NCBI RefSeq assembly: GCF_035084215.1
Contig: NC_090358.1
Span: forward strand, 8,494,001 to 8,558,000
Reading direction: 5' to 3'
Length of the DNA: 64,000 nt
Origin: Heptranchias perlo
Taxonomy: Eukaryota
Shown here: one piece after another, positions 49,591 through 61,478 of the stretch
Layout of the letters: each line of letters opens with the position of its first letter
Position numbering within the stretch: the stretch's first letter is position 1
Made by a program: the position numbers and the translations under genes
Notes under the pieces: generated by a model
Databases searched by the model: none
Seen by the model: the letters and a program-made list of their open reading frames with translations, nothing else
What the model was told of the DNA's origin: nothing

Positions 49591-51647
49591 CTGAACTTTT
49601 AGGACATCACGGTGAGGAAGGTGCGGGAGGACTGCCAGAGAACAATACTCCAGTACATCACCACTTCATGAGAGAAAGAAAAAATATAGAGGGAAAAAGA
49701 AATTAGTGTAAACCTAATGTCTGCACGACAAGATAGCATACACCAAAGTAACATTTTATTTGCAGCCAACAGTGGCATCAGGAGCAAGTCAAGATTCTGC
49801 ACCCAGCTCTCATCTGTGAGAGTTACAGCAGTCTGATTAAGAGTTTGGGTATCATCTATAGCTATGATCATCTGGAAGAGTCAAAATAAAATAACATTCT
49901 GCAGGTAGGTTTAAAAGTTTTAATTTTTGGTTTTAGAAAATTTTAGTGGGACAAGCCTGACAAATCCCTGATAAAACTTCCCGAGTCTAAGTACTTTCCT
50001 TCTGGGATCCAAGAAACACTTCTTAGACTGTCCTTGTGAGATGGACACACATCTTGGTTCTTAACTCTGTTGACTGCCCATTCCAGGGAGATAGCCAAGA
50101 ATAATCACCTGAGCCACAGGCTAGAAAGTAATTGTCGTCGGGATTGAGCCAGATATGAAACGCAGTGAAAAATTCTGTAAATTTTCCCTGAATTATTCAG
50201 TTTGTTTTGAAATGCCCAATAAATTAAAATAGTTTATAAAGCACCACAACCTCTATTAAATTACTTGTAAGTCACACAAAACTCAGATTCTCAAAAGAAA
50301 ATATTTAAATTAATGTTTTCTGAGGATATATAATTGATAGAGAAATGAGTTTGTGATGAAGTTCAGATCTTCACGAAATTCCTTCACCCTCGACCAACTT
50401 CAATCACCGAAGTGGCCAATCTTCACTCGTGAGCAGAGAGAGAGTTTTAGCTGACTAATTAACCATGAAGGATCACAAAAGAGCCTAAACCTACCCTCAC
50501 CCAATGTCCGTGGAGGCACATTTTCTAGCTGAACTCAAAGTACAGTCTACTTTTAATTCAAAGTAGTTTAATTCAAATTAACCATCAATTCAGATTTTTT
50601 GATCGCATTAAAAAGGTAAATGCTATTTCTTAATTCAAATTATTAACTCATTTATGGTGCAAAAAAATGGCAGAGTTAACAGGAATAGCCTGTATACTGG
50701 ATCACAAGCAGAAACTGTGGGACTGAATATGGCATCTTCTCGCCTATATGGCTGAATACCACACCAAATAGCGCATTTGGGCACTAAAACATTGGGAGGA
50801 GGAGTTTAAAATACTCTCTTCAGCAAGGGTAAAGTTATGGGCAGATTTCAGTTTGGAATAATCAACTGTTTGATTACCTCGAGTTGTTTTCTGAGATGGT
50901 TTGAATCATGGAAATTACACCACAGCAGGAGTCCACTCAGCCCATTGTACCTGTGCCAGTATTCAACTGGAGCTCATATCCTTCTATATTTTTCCTTTTC
51001 AGACACCTATCCCAATTCCCTTTAAAATGTTACAGTCTCTGCCTCACTAACCACCTGAGCTAAGCATTCCTAAAATTTCTTTCCCCCCCCCCCACCACAA
51101 TCGCTCTTCAAGTGATAATTCTGAATCTGTAACATAGTTACCAAATATCTAAGCCAGTGGAAATAATCTTTCATCACTTACCCTCGAGATGGGTATTAAA
51201 AGAAAAAAAAAACAGAAAAAAATACTGGGGAAGGGGCACACCACCATGTTCAACATGGATAAAGGAGCTGACGTTATGGAACTCGAGTTAAGAGAGTCAG
51301 ATATTTACTTGTATGTGTTATGATGTCATAGCGTCTTAGTCAGGATGTAAACACAAATCGGTATGCTTTTGGTCTGCTTTCGTACCCAAATGGCATGCGG
51401 CCAACCTGACCCCAACACGGCAACAGATCATAATTGAACTATTTGCACAGGGCAGTATGATGGCAGATTTCAATTTTAAAAAAGGGTTCAAAGTTCATAA
51501 GCAACAGGACACGTTGGAAGTCATTGCATTAACCTTTTGCTCTCAAAGATACAGCAAGAACATAATTGAAGGAAAACAGTTTGTGTTGAGAGCAAAACAT
51601 ATATCAGAGAAGGAATAAGATTGTTGTTCAGAGAGAACACGGTTTGC

Positions 51648-52225
51648 TCATGGTCTCAATTTTAGTGCTGGGTGCGTCAAAGTTAGAATTGAGAGAATGG
51701 AGGAAACAAGACCACAGAGACCCACCACGCCAGGATTGGTTTTGTAAATGCCTAGTTTGTCTAATGGAATGGTGAGGTCACAGAGATTTTTAACAATGTC
51801 GAGTAGTACAGGAGGATTGCTCTTAAGGCTTTGAAAAAGCAGTATGAAGAAAGCTTCAGTCTTGACCCTTGCTGTCCAGACAAACTCTCTCTGCATGTGA
51901 TTATTTTCCAGGTGGTTTATGGATTTGCACTGTTGTTCCTTCTGGGCGAGTGCTTCTTCTTTCAGGAGCTGGACAATCTCATAGACATCTCTGCTCAGGT
52001 TGATAATCAACGAGAAGAAATAGTAGTGGTTGCACCGCTTGTTCCATTTCTCCTTGTCTATATCACTAAGCCCCACCACTCCCACCCAGAGGATATTATC
52101 ACAGATGAAGTACAGAGCCCGACTGAGAGGAACGACTGTGAGATAAAAACGAAGCACTGGGTCTGAGAGCTGAACGTTCCTTCTGGCTGTCTGAACTGCA
52201 TCGAATGTGTTACCTAACCGGAATA
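51648..52225 (-). CDS. PEX11A: PEX11A exon 3 (LFRLGN...HPALKLRP*), peroxisomal membrane protein 11A, 249 aa in total
   Basis: FRLGN, RALYFICDNILW, P.LLD.VKNLCD..IPLDKLG and a C-terminal hydrophobic segment; 56+116+578=750 nt; three-exon structure and position between PLIN1 and WDR93 indicate the A paralogue. Confidence 0.95.
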
Positions 52226-52489
52226 CTGAAATAAAGCAGAGAGGATTTAATACAGCACAAGCCTTTACCAGTTGGCAATGACAAACATAAAAATAAAATG
52301 ATTCTGGGTGAGGCACTAACAATTTAAATAAAGGCAGGTTTTCTCTGGTTGAGCTTTCAGAAGCTAAATCTCTTCCACCTGCAGTACCATACATTAGAGG
52401 CCGTTTATATATTAGTAACTACTTACTAGCCAGTTTTATCATTTGACCATAAGAGAGAGAATGTCAGTGTTGATTACAGGTTGAAATCT

Positions 52490-52746
52490 CTGTGCTCTTC
52501 TTGCGCATCCCCGATTTTCATCGGTCCACCACTGGCAGCCGAGCCTTCAGCTGCCTATGTCCCAAGCTCTGGAATTCCCTCCTCCTTTAAGACACTCCTT
52601 AAAACCTACCTCTCTGACCAAGCTTTTGGTCATCTGTCCTAATACCTCTTGATGTGGCTTGGTGTGAAATTTTGTTTGACAACGCTCCTGTAAAACTCCG
52701 AGACATTTTACTATGTTAAAGGCACTATATAAATGCAAGTTGTTGC
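52490..52746 (+). mobile_element. L2 3' fragment in PEX11A intron 2
   Basis: Same tail, aaaggcactatataaatgcaagttgttg. Confidence 0.85.
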
Positions 52747-52781
52747 TGATTTTTTCCCTGCAGAGTTGATTGTATACTTAC

Positions 52782-52897
52782 ACTTACGTCCTGCACTCAT
52801 GTTAGACTCCAACTGTTTAAGCTTTGCAGCCAGCTCCTTGTTGCTACCATTCTTGTGAATTAGATAATTAAGTAACGTGCATGCATACTGAGTGGTT
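52782..52897 (-). CDS. PEX11A: PEX11A exon 2 (TTQYACTLLNYLIHKNGSNKELAAKLKQLESNMSAGRK)
   Basis: QYAC.LL and L..LES..S.GRK PEX11 motifs; 116 nt, ttctttcag / gtaagt. Confidence 0.95.
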
Positions 52898-53289
52898 CTG
52901 AAAGAAAACAAAATACAAGAAGCACAGAGCTTATTTCCTGCTACATGTAACAATTACAGTGCCTAATGTTTATGGCAAACGCACGATCTTTAACAAATGT
53001 GTAGGGATCAAAAAGATACTACGATATGTCATCTTAACTAATTGTAGAAGCATTAGACACTATACTATTCATTTCACATAGCACCATTACAGCAGCAGAG
53101 AGAAAGGATTTTCACCACTCAGCCTGGGCTGGAATTCAAAATCGGGTCCCAGAGGTGAAAGGACAGTAAGCAACTGGTCTATCTTCACAGGTATTACAGG
53201 ATCTATGGAGAGGTTTTTGCATGAATTATTAAGGTTCAGCAGAAATCCTAAATTAAAGTTTTGTCATTTCTGTGTTTTTTCAAAGTCAC

Positions 53290-53855
53290 CAATTTAAGAG
53301 AGTGAGGAGAGGTAAGGAGAAATGTATTTACATAGAGTTGTTGCAACAGAGAAGTTTTGCCCCAGGCAGAAAGTGTCATAAATATAAGATAGATAGTCAC
53401 TCATAAATTCAATAAGGAATTCAGGAGAAACTTCTTTACCCAGAGAGTGGTTAGAATATGGAACTTGCTACCACATGGTGTAGTTGTGGCAAATAGCATA
53501 GATGCATTTCATGGAGAGGCTAGTTAAGTATGTGAGGAAGAAAGGAATAGAAGGGTATGGTGATAGGGTTAGATGAAGTAGGGTGGGAGGAGGCTCGAGT
53601 GAAGTATAAACACCGGCACAGACTAGATGGGCTGAATGGCCTGTTTCTGTGTTGTAAATTCTATGTAATTTTATGAGGCAGACATCATTGCACCTTGTAA
53701 GGGGGAAAAAAGTGGCTAGATATTGAAGCAGAGGAAGATACAGGCCTATTGGAGAGAGCAGGACTATGGGATTAGTCTTTGAATTGCTCCAGCAAAGTTA
53801 AGGCACAGATGCAATCAGCTAAAATTGCCCCTTCTGTGCTGTAAACTCCTATGGT
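53290..53855 (+). mobile_element. Nested CR1 3' end fragments
   Basis: aggagaaacttctttacccagagagtggttagaatatggaac (FFTQRVV..WN) and ttctatgtaa tail inside an older CR1 end. Confidence 0.75.
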
Positions 53856-56627
53856 TCGATGGTCACGTACAACATCTGATAATCTACAATAGAATAATGA
53901 CAAAGATTCAATGGAAATACACAGGAAATCATATACTGGCGTCACTCCCAAAAACAAAGCAATGAACTAGGACATTTAAATTGCTCTTCCGGCACATACA
54001 TAGACCTGTACCATAAAGTAGAAATTGAGGGATTCTTCCATAGCAATCAGTGAGAATGTAAAGTTATGCAAACCTATCAATCGATGCAGCTTCTTCCTCA
54101 TAATATAATGATTAGGAAAAGCAGTTTACAAAGCGTGGTATCTCGTGACAAATCCTACATCTTGCAAGATAAAGGCGGCAACTTTCTGTGCCAGCTGATT
54201 TGCTTCACGAGTACTGCAAATTTTTCCCTCTTTCACACCTGTCCATGCCATCATTTTTTATGCTGCATATCAAAATTGTACTCCCAGCCAGCCCTAAGTT
54301 AAAAAGGTGTGGGACTCCCATATATTTTGAATATTCAAGTAATGGTGAAAAATACAAAAATTCATTTTGAATTTTTGTACTAATCCCTACCAATACTTTT
54401 CTTAGCAATTGGGCAGATGAAATGCAAATGTCACACACATACATGTACAGTTCCAGTCAACTTTCTCCATTATAAATGCCTATGTTCACACTTATAATGG
54501 GAACTGCCCCTATAAAACATCACGCTGTAATTTAATTTGCCCACCAATGGTGTCGCTGCAGTACTGCAGTTTTGTGTCTCTTACCTCTTCATCCTATATT
54601 GCAGACACAATCCTGTGTGCCAACCAACTCTGCTTCGCAAATTGACAAGTTTTGTTACTTGACTATCATTAGTAATATCAATTGATTTCCTTTGGCACAC
54701 AGGGAGTCAAGACCAAATTTGGCCTTCAGCTGAAGTGGAATCAGAGAGTGGGGAATAATTGGACCAGTGTGTGCAGTCACAATTCAGTCCCCATTTTACA
54801 CAATCATACATTCTGCTGTTATTTTTATAATTCTGTTATAAATTCCTACATTCACATTTATAATGGAAAATACTTATATAAACTTGTCACATTGTAATGG
54901 CACCCTCCTGCCAGTGGTGACATTGTAGCACCTCTATTGGGAGTGGAGATGGGTGAACTTATTTACAGTATGCAAGTCGGCATTGGCAGTTTCCATGATA
55001 AATGTTGACATAGGAATTTATAATGGAAGAAGTTGACAGAAACTGCATGCAGATATAAGATTTTTAATATGTAAAACAAGTATAGACACAATGTATGACA
55101 TTTAAATGGAGACAGCATTACATTCAATTATCCACTGCCCTCTAATCACACTTCACCTGCAGACAACATTTAGTCTCAACTCCCCACAGAAGATTGAAAA
55201 TATTTTAATTTACTGCTCCTTGGGCGAGAGCCTCAGCCTGCAGTATGTGTGAAAAACATATGGCAGGTTGGGGGTGTAAACTGTGATGCATCTCTACTCC
55301 AAGCAGGATGATGTTCCAGCAGCTGTCATTCTGGATCAGAAAATGTAGTCTTGACCACTAATGGCTTACTCAGAAGCTGCTGATGTGTGGAAGCAACAGT
55401 GGGGAAGGGTTTCTGGGAGGAAACAGGTAAATTGGAAGGAATGGGATGCTGGAGATTGATATATTAAAATTGGATTGGGTGAGTCTCATTTCAAATGAAT
55501 GCGATTAGACAAGTCTGACACACTCAAGCTGCATTTACATTGCTTGGTTCCCACCTGCCTGGAACGTTTATGGTCCTATTGAGGAGAAAGTTCTGTACAT
55601 ACCTGGATAAACCACGTACTGAAGTCTCTTCCAACAGTTAGAAATGTAAATGCTTTGGAAGCAGGAAGGACAGTCCCCAGTTCCCCATTCACTACAATTT
55701 AAGTTGGAGGTACTTGACAGTCTAATGGATCCTAATGAACAGTTTCCAAACCAAGCATGACACTGCACTGGATTATACCCCATGCAATGTAAAACTACAT
55801 TCTCCACTTCACTTGAATCCAGTCAGGTCCCAACTGTGGGTTTACACTGCAAGTTTGGCCTCAGTGCAAAGCCATAATCACTTAGCACTGACACTGAACT
55901 TGCAGTGTAAAAGCACAGAGGCACAAGCACCAACTATCCAGAAATATAATTGTCTAGCATCTCATCCACAGATATTCAGAATATTTTAATTTTCCTCAAA
56001 ATCAAACTGGACTCTAAATTTACACAAATATTAATATCCAGACTTTAGCCTACATTAGCATAATCCTAGATTAAAGCAATTTATGTACAACATGGAAAAT
56101 ATACAAGACTCACCTGGTAGCATTATACACACATTTTAACTCCAATTCTGTCCCCCACCAATAAACGTATGGCTAAAATGTCTTGGCGCAACAAAACATG
56201 ATGCTAAAATTTTCAGTTGTTTAAAGTAAGAAAAGCTATTTAAATAAATGCACGTTAGCCAGTTGGATACCCAAGAGGATAATTAATGAGAGAACCTTTG
56301 AGATAATGAAACTGAACAGAAAAAAGTGAAATCCTTCAGACACCAGGCCTCAATTTGCACATTGCGTCATGATATGCAAAGACAATTCATGCGAAAATAA
56401 TTTTTGCTTTTGGTTGCAACGTGGAAAAATATTTTGATTATAAGCGAGATTAAATACAGATGTCAAAAAGTAAAGCTAGACCTGCAACTGAGCAAAAAAA
56501 AAAGCTAACTATAAATGAAAATGCAATGACCATAAAAGTAGTTTTACTGCTATGCACGCTATTAGAAATTGTACCTGAGAGGTTTAGGTTGAAAGTCAGT
56601 GTGAAGGTATCATTAGAGAAAACTCAC

Positions 56628-56683
56628 CTGAAGATTCTTTCCCTTCCTTGGCTGAGGGAAGTGAATTTCACAAAAGAATCCAT
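56628..56683 (-). CDS. PEX11A: PEX11A exon 1 (MDSFVKFTSLSQGRERIFR)
   Basis: PEX11 N-terminal motif F..F...QGR.R.FR; ccATGG context; 56 nt, donor gtgagt. Confidence 0.95.
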
Positions 56684-56699
56684 GGGGAGGAATCCGAGG

Positions 56700-57400
56700 C
56701 AGCGAAGAGCAGAGTTTATTGGAGCTTGCGGTTGTGAAAGGGAACCTTTGAACCCAGAGGGGAATGACTCAAAACTCAAGCTTCTCCACTGCAGCCAGAG
56801 CCTCGAGCTTCAAAAAATAAAAATAAAAAAGGAAATCCAACGAAAAGAGAGAAATTAAAAAAAGACAAAACTCAGAGTTCTCCCTCTCACCTTCAAAATC
56901 TATTAACAATTTCTGATTCTACCGCATTGCTGCCTCAGGCTGCACTCACGTTATGGTTTAAATTAAACTAATTTTGTTTATTTTCCTCCTTTCTTTAAAC
57001 TGTATTTCTGTTTGAGGCCTGAGGCCTCACTCGCTCCTGAAACTCTTTGAGGTCTCCATAGTAATAGGGAACCTTATCCTCCACAAACTTCGATTTTTAA
57101 CGTATTCGAATGGGAGAAGGGCGGTTCTTCACAAATAAACAAAATGAGTTAAAATATATATATTTTGAACGGATACAATTACTCAAATAAAACATATAAG
57201 TTAAATAATTTTAAGGGCTTCCCGCAGAAAGAACCGGCGGACATTTTAAAACGACAGACAGTACTTCCGGTAGCGGTATCCTAGCAACCAGCGGCCCAAC
57301 GGCATCAATAATCTGGAGCCTGAGTAGAAGGGAATTTATTTCATTCTCGGAAATCTTGTAACGTCTCAACAAACTCGAGCGTGTGTAGGGCGGATTCATT
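56700..57400. promoter_or_regulatory. Bidirectional promoter region PEX11A / WDR93
   Basis: Head-to-head genes, locally raised CpG, ETS-type ACTTCCGGT (57263-57271), RFX X-box-like GTATCCTAGCAAC (57276-57288) and GTCTCCATAGTAAT (57052-57065). Confidence 0.7.
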
Positions 57401-57552
57401 TTTCTGTGAAAATTTCTCCCTCCCCTCTTCAGGAAAAATATTTGAATATTTTTTCCCCCATCTGAAGGCGGAGAGGGCGAAGCAATAGCACCAACTGTCA
57501 GGCTGCTTCAGTTTCTGAACCTGTGGCTTTGTAGATTTGACTTTGGGAAAGT
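57290..57552 (+). other. WDR93: Putative non-coding exon 1 of WDR93
   Basis: Donor gtaagt at 57553 downstream of the ETS/X-box cluster; start approximate. Confidence 0.45.
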
Positions 57553-58209
57553 GTAAGTATTTTTTTTCAGGATGTTGTTTGAACTCGATCTTTATTCCAC
57601 TGGCGAAGGAGACCGTGGAATGACGGTCGATGCCTGTCCCGTTTGGCAGTATGATGTCTGGAAATATGTAAACTGGACACTAAAATTCTATTTTCTCTTC
57701 CACTTGTTTCTTAGTTATTAAAATTCACAACGAATTTTCATTAGCAGCAAAGGAAACGGCATCAACGCCTCGATCCTTTTCCTGTGCCATTTGTACTACA
57801 GGAGGTGGCACTTCTATACATAATTCAAGAATACTATTGCCACCTTTTGCTGCACCCTTAGTTGCAGACTCTCTATCAATGATGTATCAGGGGTGACTTA
57901 AAAATATAGCAAAGCCAAAAAGTTTCCAAATCTACAGCTGCCCTGGTACAGAATCTTGAGGGATCATTGTGAGCTTTATTATCTTCCATATACCACCCGT
58001 CATTGGGACACTAAGATAACATTGGGAATACTAGTGCTACGGTTCCACGAGTAAACTAAGATAAAATTAACTTCTGCTTTGTTTGTTTAAACAAAACAAA
58101 CTTTTAATGTACAGTTTACATTTGAGATACTTGAAGGAGCTGACATATATTCGTGAGATCCTTTCCCTTGCTATATAACCCCAGGGCACTGTCGTAAACA
58201 TCCCCGAAT

Positions 58210-58620
58210 GGCTCAATGGATAGTTGCAGCATCTAATGCGGAGATGATTACCCATACGGATATGGAAGACTCCAGGTTCAACCTTTGGTCTGTGCTGAGT
58301 TAGCTGATTTCAGCCAGGGTAGCAGTTGGAGTGCTATAGTTGGTGTTAGACCTTCTGGGCTAAGGACGGGCAAATCATCCAAACGGCAAATTATCACGGT
58401 TTCCACTTGATTGCTACCTAGTGACCCTATTTGAAAGTGTGTGTTAATGGACATTAGGTGAGTAAAGGATTGGGCTTGAGTATGTTGTCTCATATGGCTG
58501 CGTAGCCTATTGACTCTAACTCTCTAGGCTAGATGTAGAATGACCATTTGTATAATGTACCAGAAGATGACCAGTGCCTGTGAAATATTACCCAAGCAAA
58601 AGTCTGCATTGCATCTTCAA
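58210..58620 (+). mobile_element. tRNA-derived SINE
   Basis: A-box-like tggctcaatgg, B-box-like ggttcaacc; body shared with 49335-49590. Confidence 0.6.
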
Positions 58621-59079
58621 GAGAGGAGGGAAAATATTAGGTTGAACAAAAAAATATCAATTCTGGCAAACTAAATTTGTTTATTATGATTGAACATGGT
58701 TTGTTTTTGATTTAAGGCTAGGATAAACATATCAGCAACATTGAAGACTGCTGCAGGTTGATTTACTCCATAACTTATGATGTTGATCCAGTAACACTTT
58801 GAATAACTTTTTTCTCTTCTGTAATTGTAATTAGATAATGTGGGTCTTAATGCTCCCTACTGACTGTTACCAACTGACAGAATTTTTAATAAAATTATTT
58901 TTGCTTGTATGAGAAGCAGAAACTGACTGCACCAAACTCAGTTAGCCCTTAAGATGCCCTTTTCGTATTGCGAAGCCAAAGTGAAGGTTGTGCCTCATAG
59001 CGCTGGGCAAATTCAGAGTTGAACAGAGTAGGAGAAAGAAAGTAAATCAAGTGGTCAAATTTCTTCCTGTGAATTTTGT

Positions 59080-59482
59080 ACTCAAGGTGAGGGACACTGG
59101 TCATCAGGAACAGCACACTTTCTGTTGCATCGTTAGTATCATGCACTGCCACGTCAGGTAGAGCATAATTTGATGCAGAGTAAAGGTCCATTTAAATTGT
59201 CCAAACAATATACCTCAATTCCAGCCTCAAAAGAACACCCCAACATCATCAGTGTGACATTTTTCAACTTTCCACACTGGCCATTTTGTGGCCTCTCTGA
59301 GTGAGATTGCTAATTTGACATAAACTAGGAGCACTTTTGTTCTATGGACCCTTAACCACTAAGAACGAGATTGAGACTGTCCAAACTCATTTCAGCTAGG
59401 ACTCTTACAGCCAGCAGACAGAAGAGACTTTTCGTTCTGTCTGTCTAGGCTGGATTGAACCCAGATCTCAGAGAGGAAAGTT
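59080..59482 (-). mobile_element. LF-SINE-like SINE in WDR93 intron 1
   Basis: Reverse complement reads ctgggttcaatccagcc...tgaaatgagtttgg..gtctcaatc..gttcttagtgg...cagagaggcca; homologous to 36311-36706. Confidence 0.65.
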
Positions 59483-59782
59483 CAATGTTTAAAGCTTGTT
59501 TTTTTAGAAGCCTGTTTACTGTAGAAGGGAGAGAAGTCTGGAAAAGACAAGGAGTTCCGCAATTATGAGGTCCCGGGGAAGAATGAGTTAGAGTTTCAAA
59601 TGGTGGGATGAGTTCTGAATTCAACAGAGTGCGAATACGGAGCGGAGGTTGAAAATGCAGGATTTGATTCTTGGATGGAACAAGAGAAGACAGGCTGAAA
59701 AATTCTCTGGGGTGACCACTAAAATGGTTTTGGTCACGTTTCAGAGTGTTGAAGGACTGTGAGGCTGTGGAAATTAAAGAGA

Positions 59783-60043
59783 ATGCTAGACTACCTTAAG
59801 AAATCTCTGGAAGTTCCAACTTCTTCTGAACATAATTGGAGTGACGATGACGAAAATGACTATTATCTGAAGGATCCAGATCAGAGGCTTGATGAGTTGC
59901 CCCAACCTTTCAGGATGATTGATAAATTAATCAGCTGCATCATAGAGAGTGCTTTTGAAAGCATTGAAGAACGTGAAGCAAAAAGAAAAGCCGAAAGAGT
60001 AAAGATAAAACCACCTACTCGTGAATCATCAGAGGAAATTCAG
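59783..60043 (+). CDS. WDR93: WDR93 first coding exon (MLDYLKKSLEVPTSSEHNWSDDDENDYYLKDPDQRLDELPQPFRMIDKL...EEIQ)
   Basis: LEVP...W..DD..DY..KDPDQ.LD.LPQP.RMI.KL matches the WDR93 N-terminus; acceptor at 59744, donor gtgggt, phase 0. Confidence 0.92.
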
Positions 60044-60389
60044 GTGGGTGAGTGTGTGCGGTAATCTTGCAAACTTCATTGTTCAATTGTGCATACTAAT
60101 CATAGAATGTTACAACACAAAAACAAGCCATTTGGCTCATCAAGTCTACTTCAGTTTTAATCTCAACATGAGCCACCTAATCCCACTCTCCTCGCTCCCC
60201 ATATGACTTAATATTTGTTTTTTTCACATTCTTTTTCTTTTATATTATTTTCTCCCCTACTTAAAAGACGCTGGCTGTTGCTGGGATACAGCTCCATGGG
60301 CACCAGCAGCCCTACAGTACCTCACCCAAATGTCTGTTTGTTACATGTGAGGTAGATAAGGGGTAGCTGTAATTATTAATGTTACTTAT

Positions 60390-60632
60390 TGCAGTCTCCT
60401 GGCACTTACTTGATTGCCTTTGAGGGTGGAAGAGGAATTTCCCAAAGTTCTCTTCCTAAATTGGCCAAAGGATTTTTCTTCTTTTTTTTTAGTCTCTTCC
60501 AGGAGATTGTGTGAATGTGGTGTGGGGGGACCGAGGTGTGGGGAGAGGTTGCTGGTGCATGGGGACTGCACCATAACTGTATGGGACAGGCTTGATGGAC
60601 CAATTGGTCTTTTCCTGACCGTTTTCATATGT
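60390..60632 (+). mobile_element. CR1-type 3' UTR fragment
   Basis: Ends ggcttgatggacc...ttcatatgtt; homologous to 7527-7780. Confidence 0.6.
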
Positions 60633-60889
60633 TCCTGGCTGATCTAAAAAATACAATTTTAAAATATTTTTTGATGAATTGTTTTTAGAATTGTCAATTT
60701 GAAGCGATGCCATTGCTGGAGAGTAGGGCAGGTTGGAGTTCACATTGTAACTTTGGATCCTGCTGCTGATTTATGCTATAATGAAAACACCTTTGGCCAG
60801 AAATTAAGGGTACCGCTCCATTACTGTTCAGTACTGGTCTTGGCCATTGTTAGATTATCTGATCTCTATCTCCTTTACTTTTTGAACAG

Positions 60890-61091
60890 CTTCCTAGCAA
60901 TTTAAACTGTCTAGCAAATTTTGTGGCTGAAAGTTCTATCTTTGCTGGTCTGTCTGATGGAGTGGCAGCTCTGAACATGAAGGATCATACAGTTACTTCA
61001 GTTTGGAAGGAGGAAGGTGTTGAGATTGTTGCACTTCAAGTAACGCACGCTGGAGGTCAGCTTTGTCTGCACGCTGCTGTGGATGACATGG
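60890..61091 (+). CDS. WDR93: WDR93 next exon (LPSNLNCLANFVAESSIFAGLSDG...AAVDDM)
   Basis: ctttttgaacag acceptor, gtattt donor, 202 nt, phase 0/1; WD-like strands ending VDDMG. Confidence 0.88.
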
Positions 61092-61335
61092 GTATTTATC
61101 TGAAAATATTTATTATGTAATTGTATTTTTTCCCCCAAGATTTCTCTCCTTCTGTTTGCAAGGCTCTGATTCCTTGCTGGCTTCTGTTTACTTTGTCGTT
61201 CTTAATGTGCAAATTTATGCAGTGAGTATCAGCAGGCCATTTACTTGCAAGGGGTATCATAGCTAAACCTGATCCTGCCCCTACCTGATAGCCACACAAA
61301 TGCACTTTCCAACAGGAGTCACTGTATTATTAGAA

Positions 61336-61478
61336 TGATGTGGAGATGCCGGTGATGGACTGGGGTTGACAATTGTAAACAATTTTACAACACCAAGTTA
61401 TAGTCCAGCAATTTTATTTTAAATTCACAAGCTTTCGGAGACTTCCTCCTTCCTCAGGTAAATGTTCAGGTCAGGTTA
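61336..61478 (-). mobile_element. Short Penelope-like terminal-repeat insert in a WDR93 intron
   Basis: Flanked by the 12-bp duplication gtattattagaa (61324-61335, 61479-61490); about 85 bp nearly identical to 40016-40102. Confidence 0.85.
61424..61462 (-). ncRNA. Minimal type I hammerhead ribozyme motif, second copy
   Basis: Minus strand tttac-CTGAGGA-a-ggagg(aag)tctcc-GAAA-gc-tt-gtgaa; differences from copy 1 fall at the free N7 position or give G-U wobbles. Confidence 0.72.

Noticed and set aside
51648-52394. 248-aa ORF read as a single-exon PEX11 gene
   Set aside because: The first roughly 56 aa are intron read-through; the real N-terminus comes from exons at 56628-56683 and 52782-52897.
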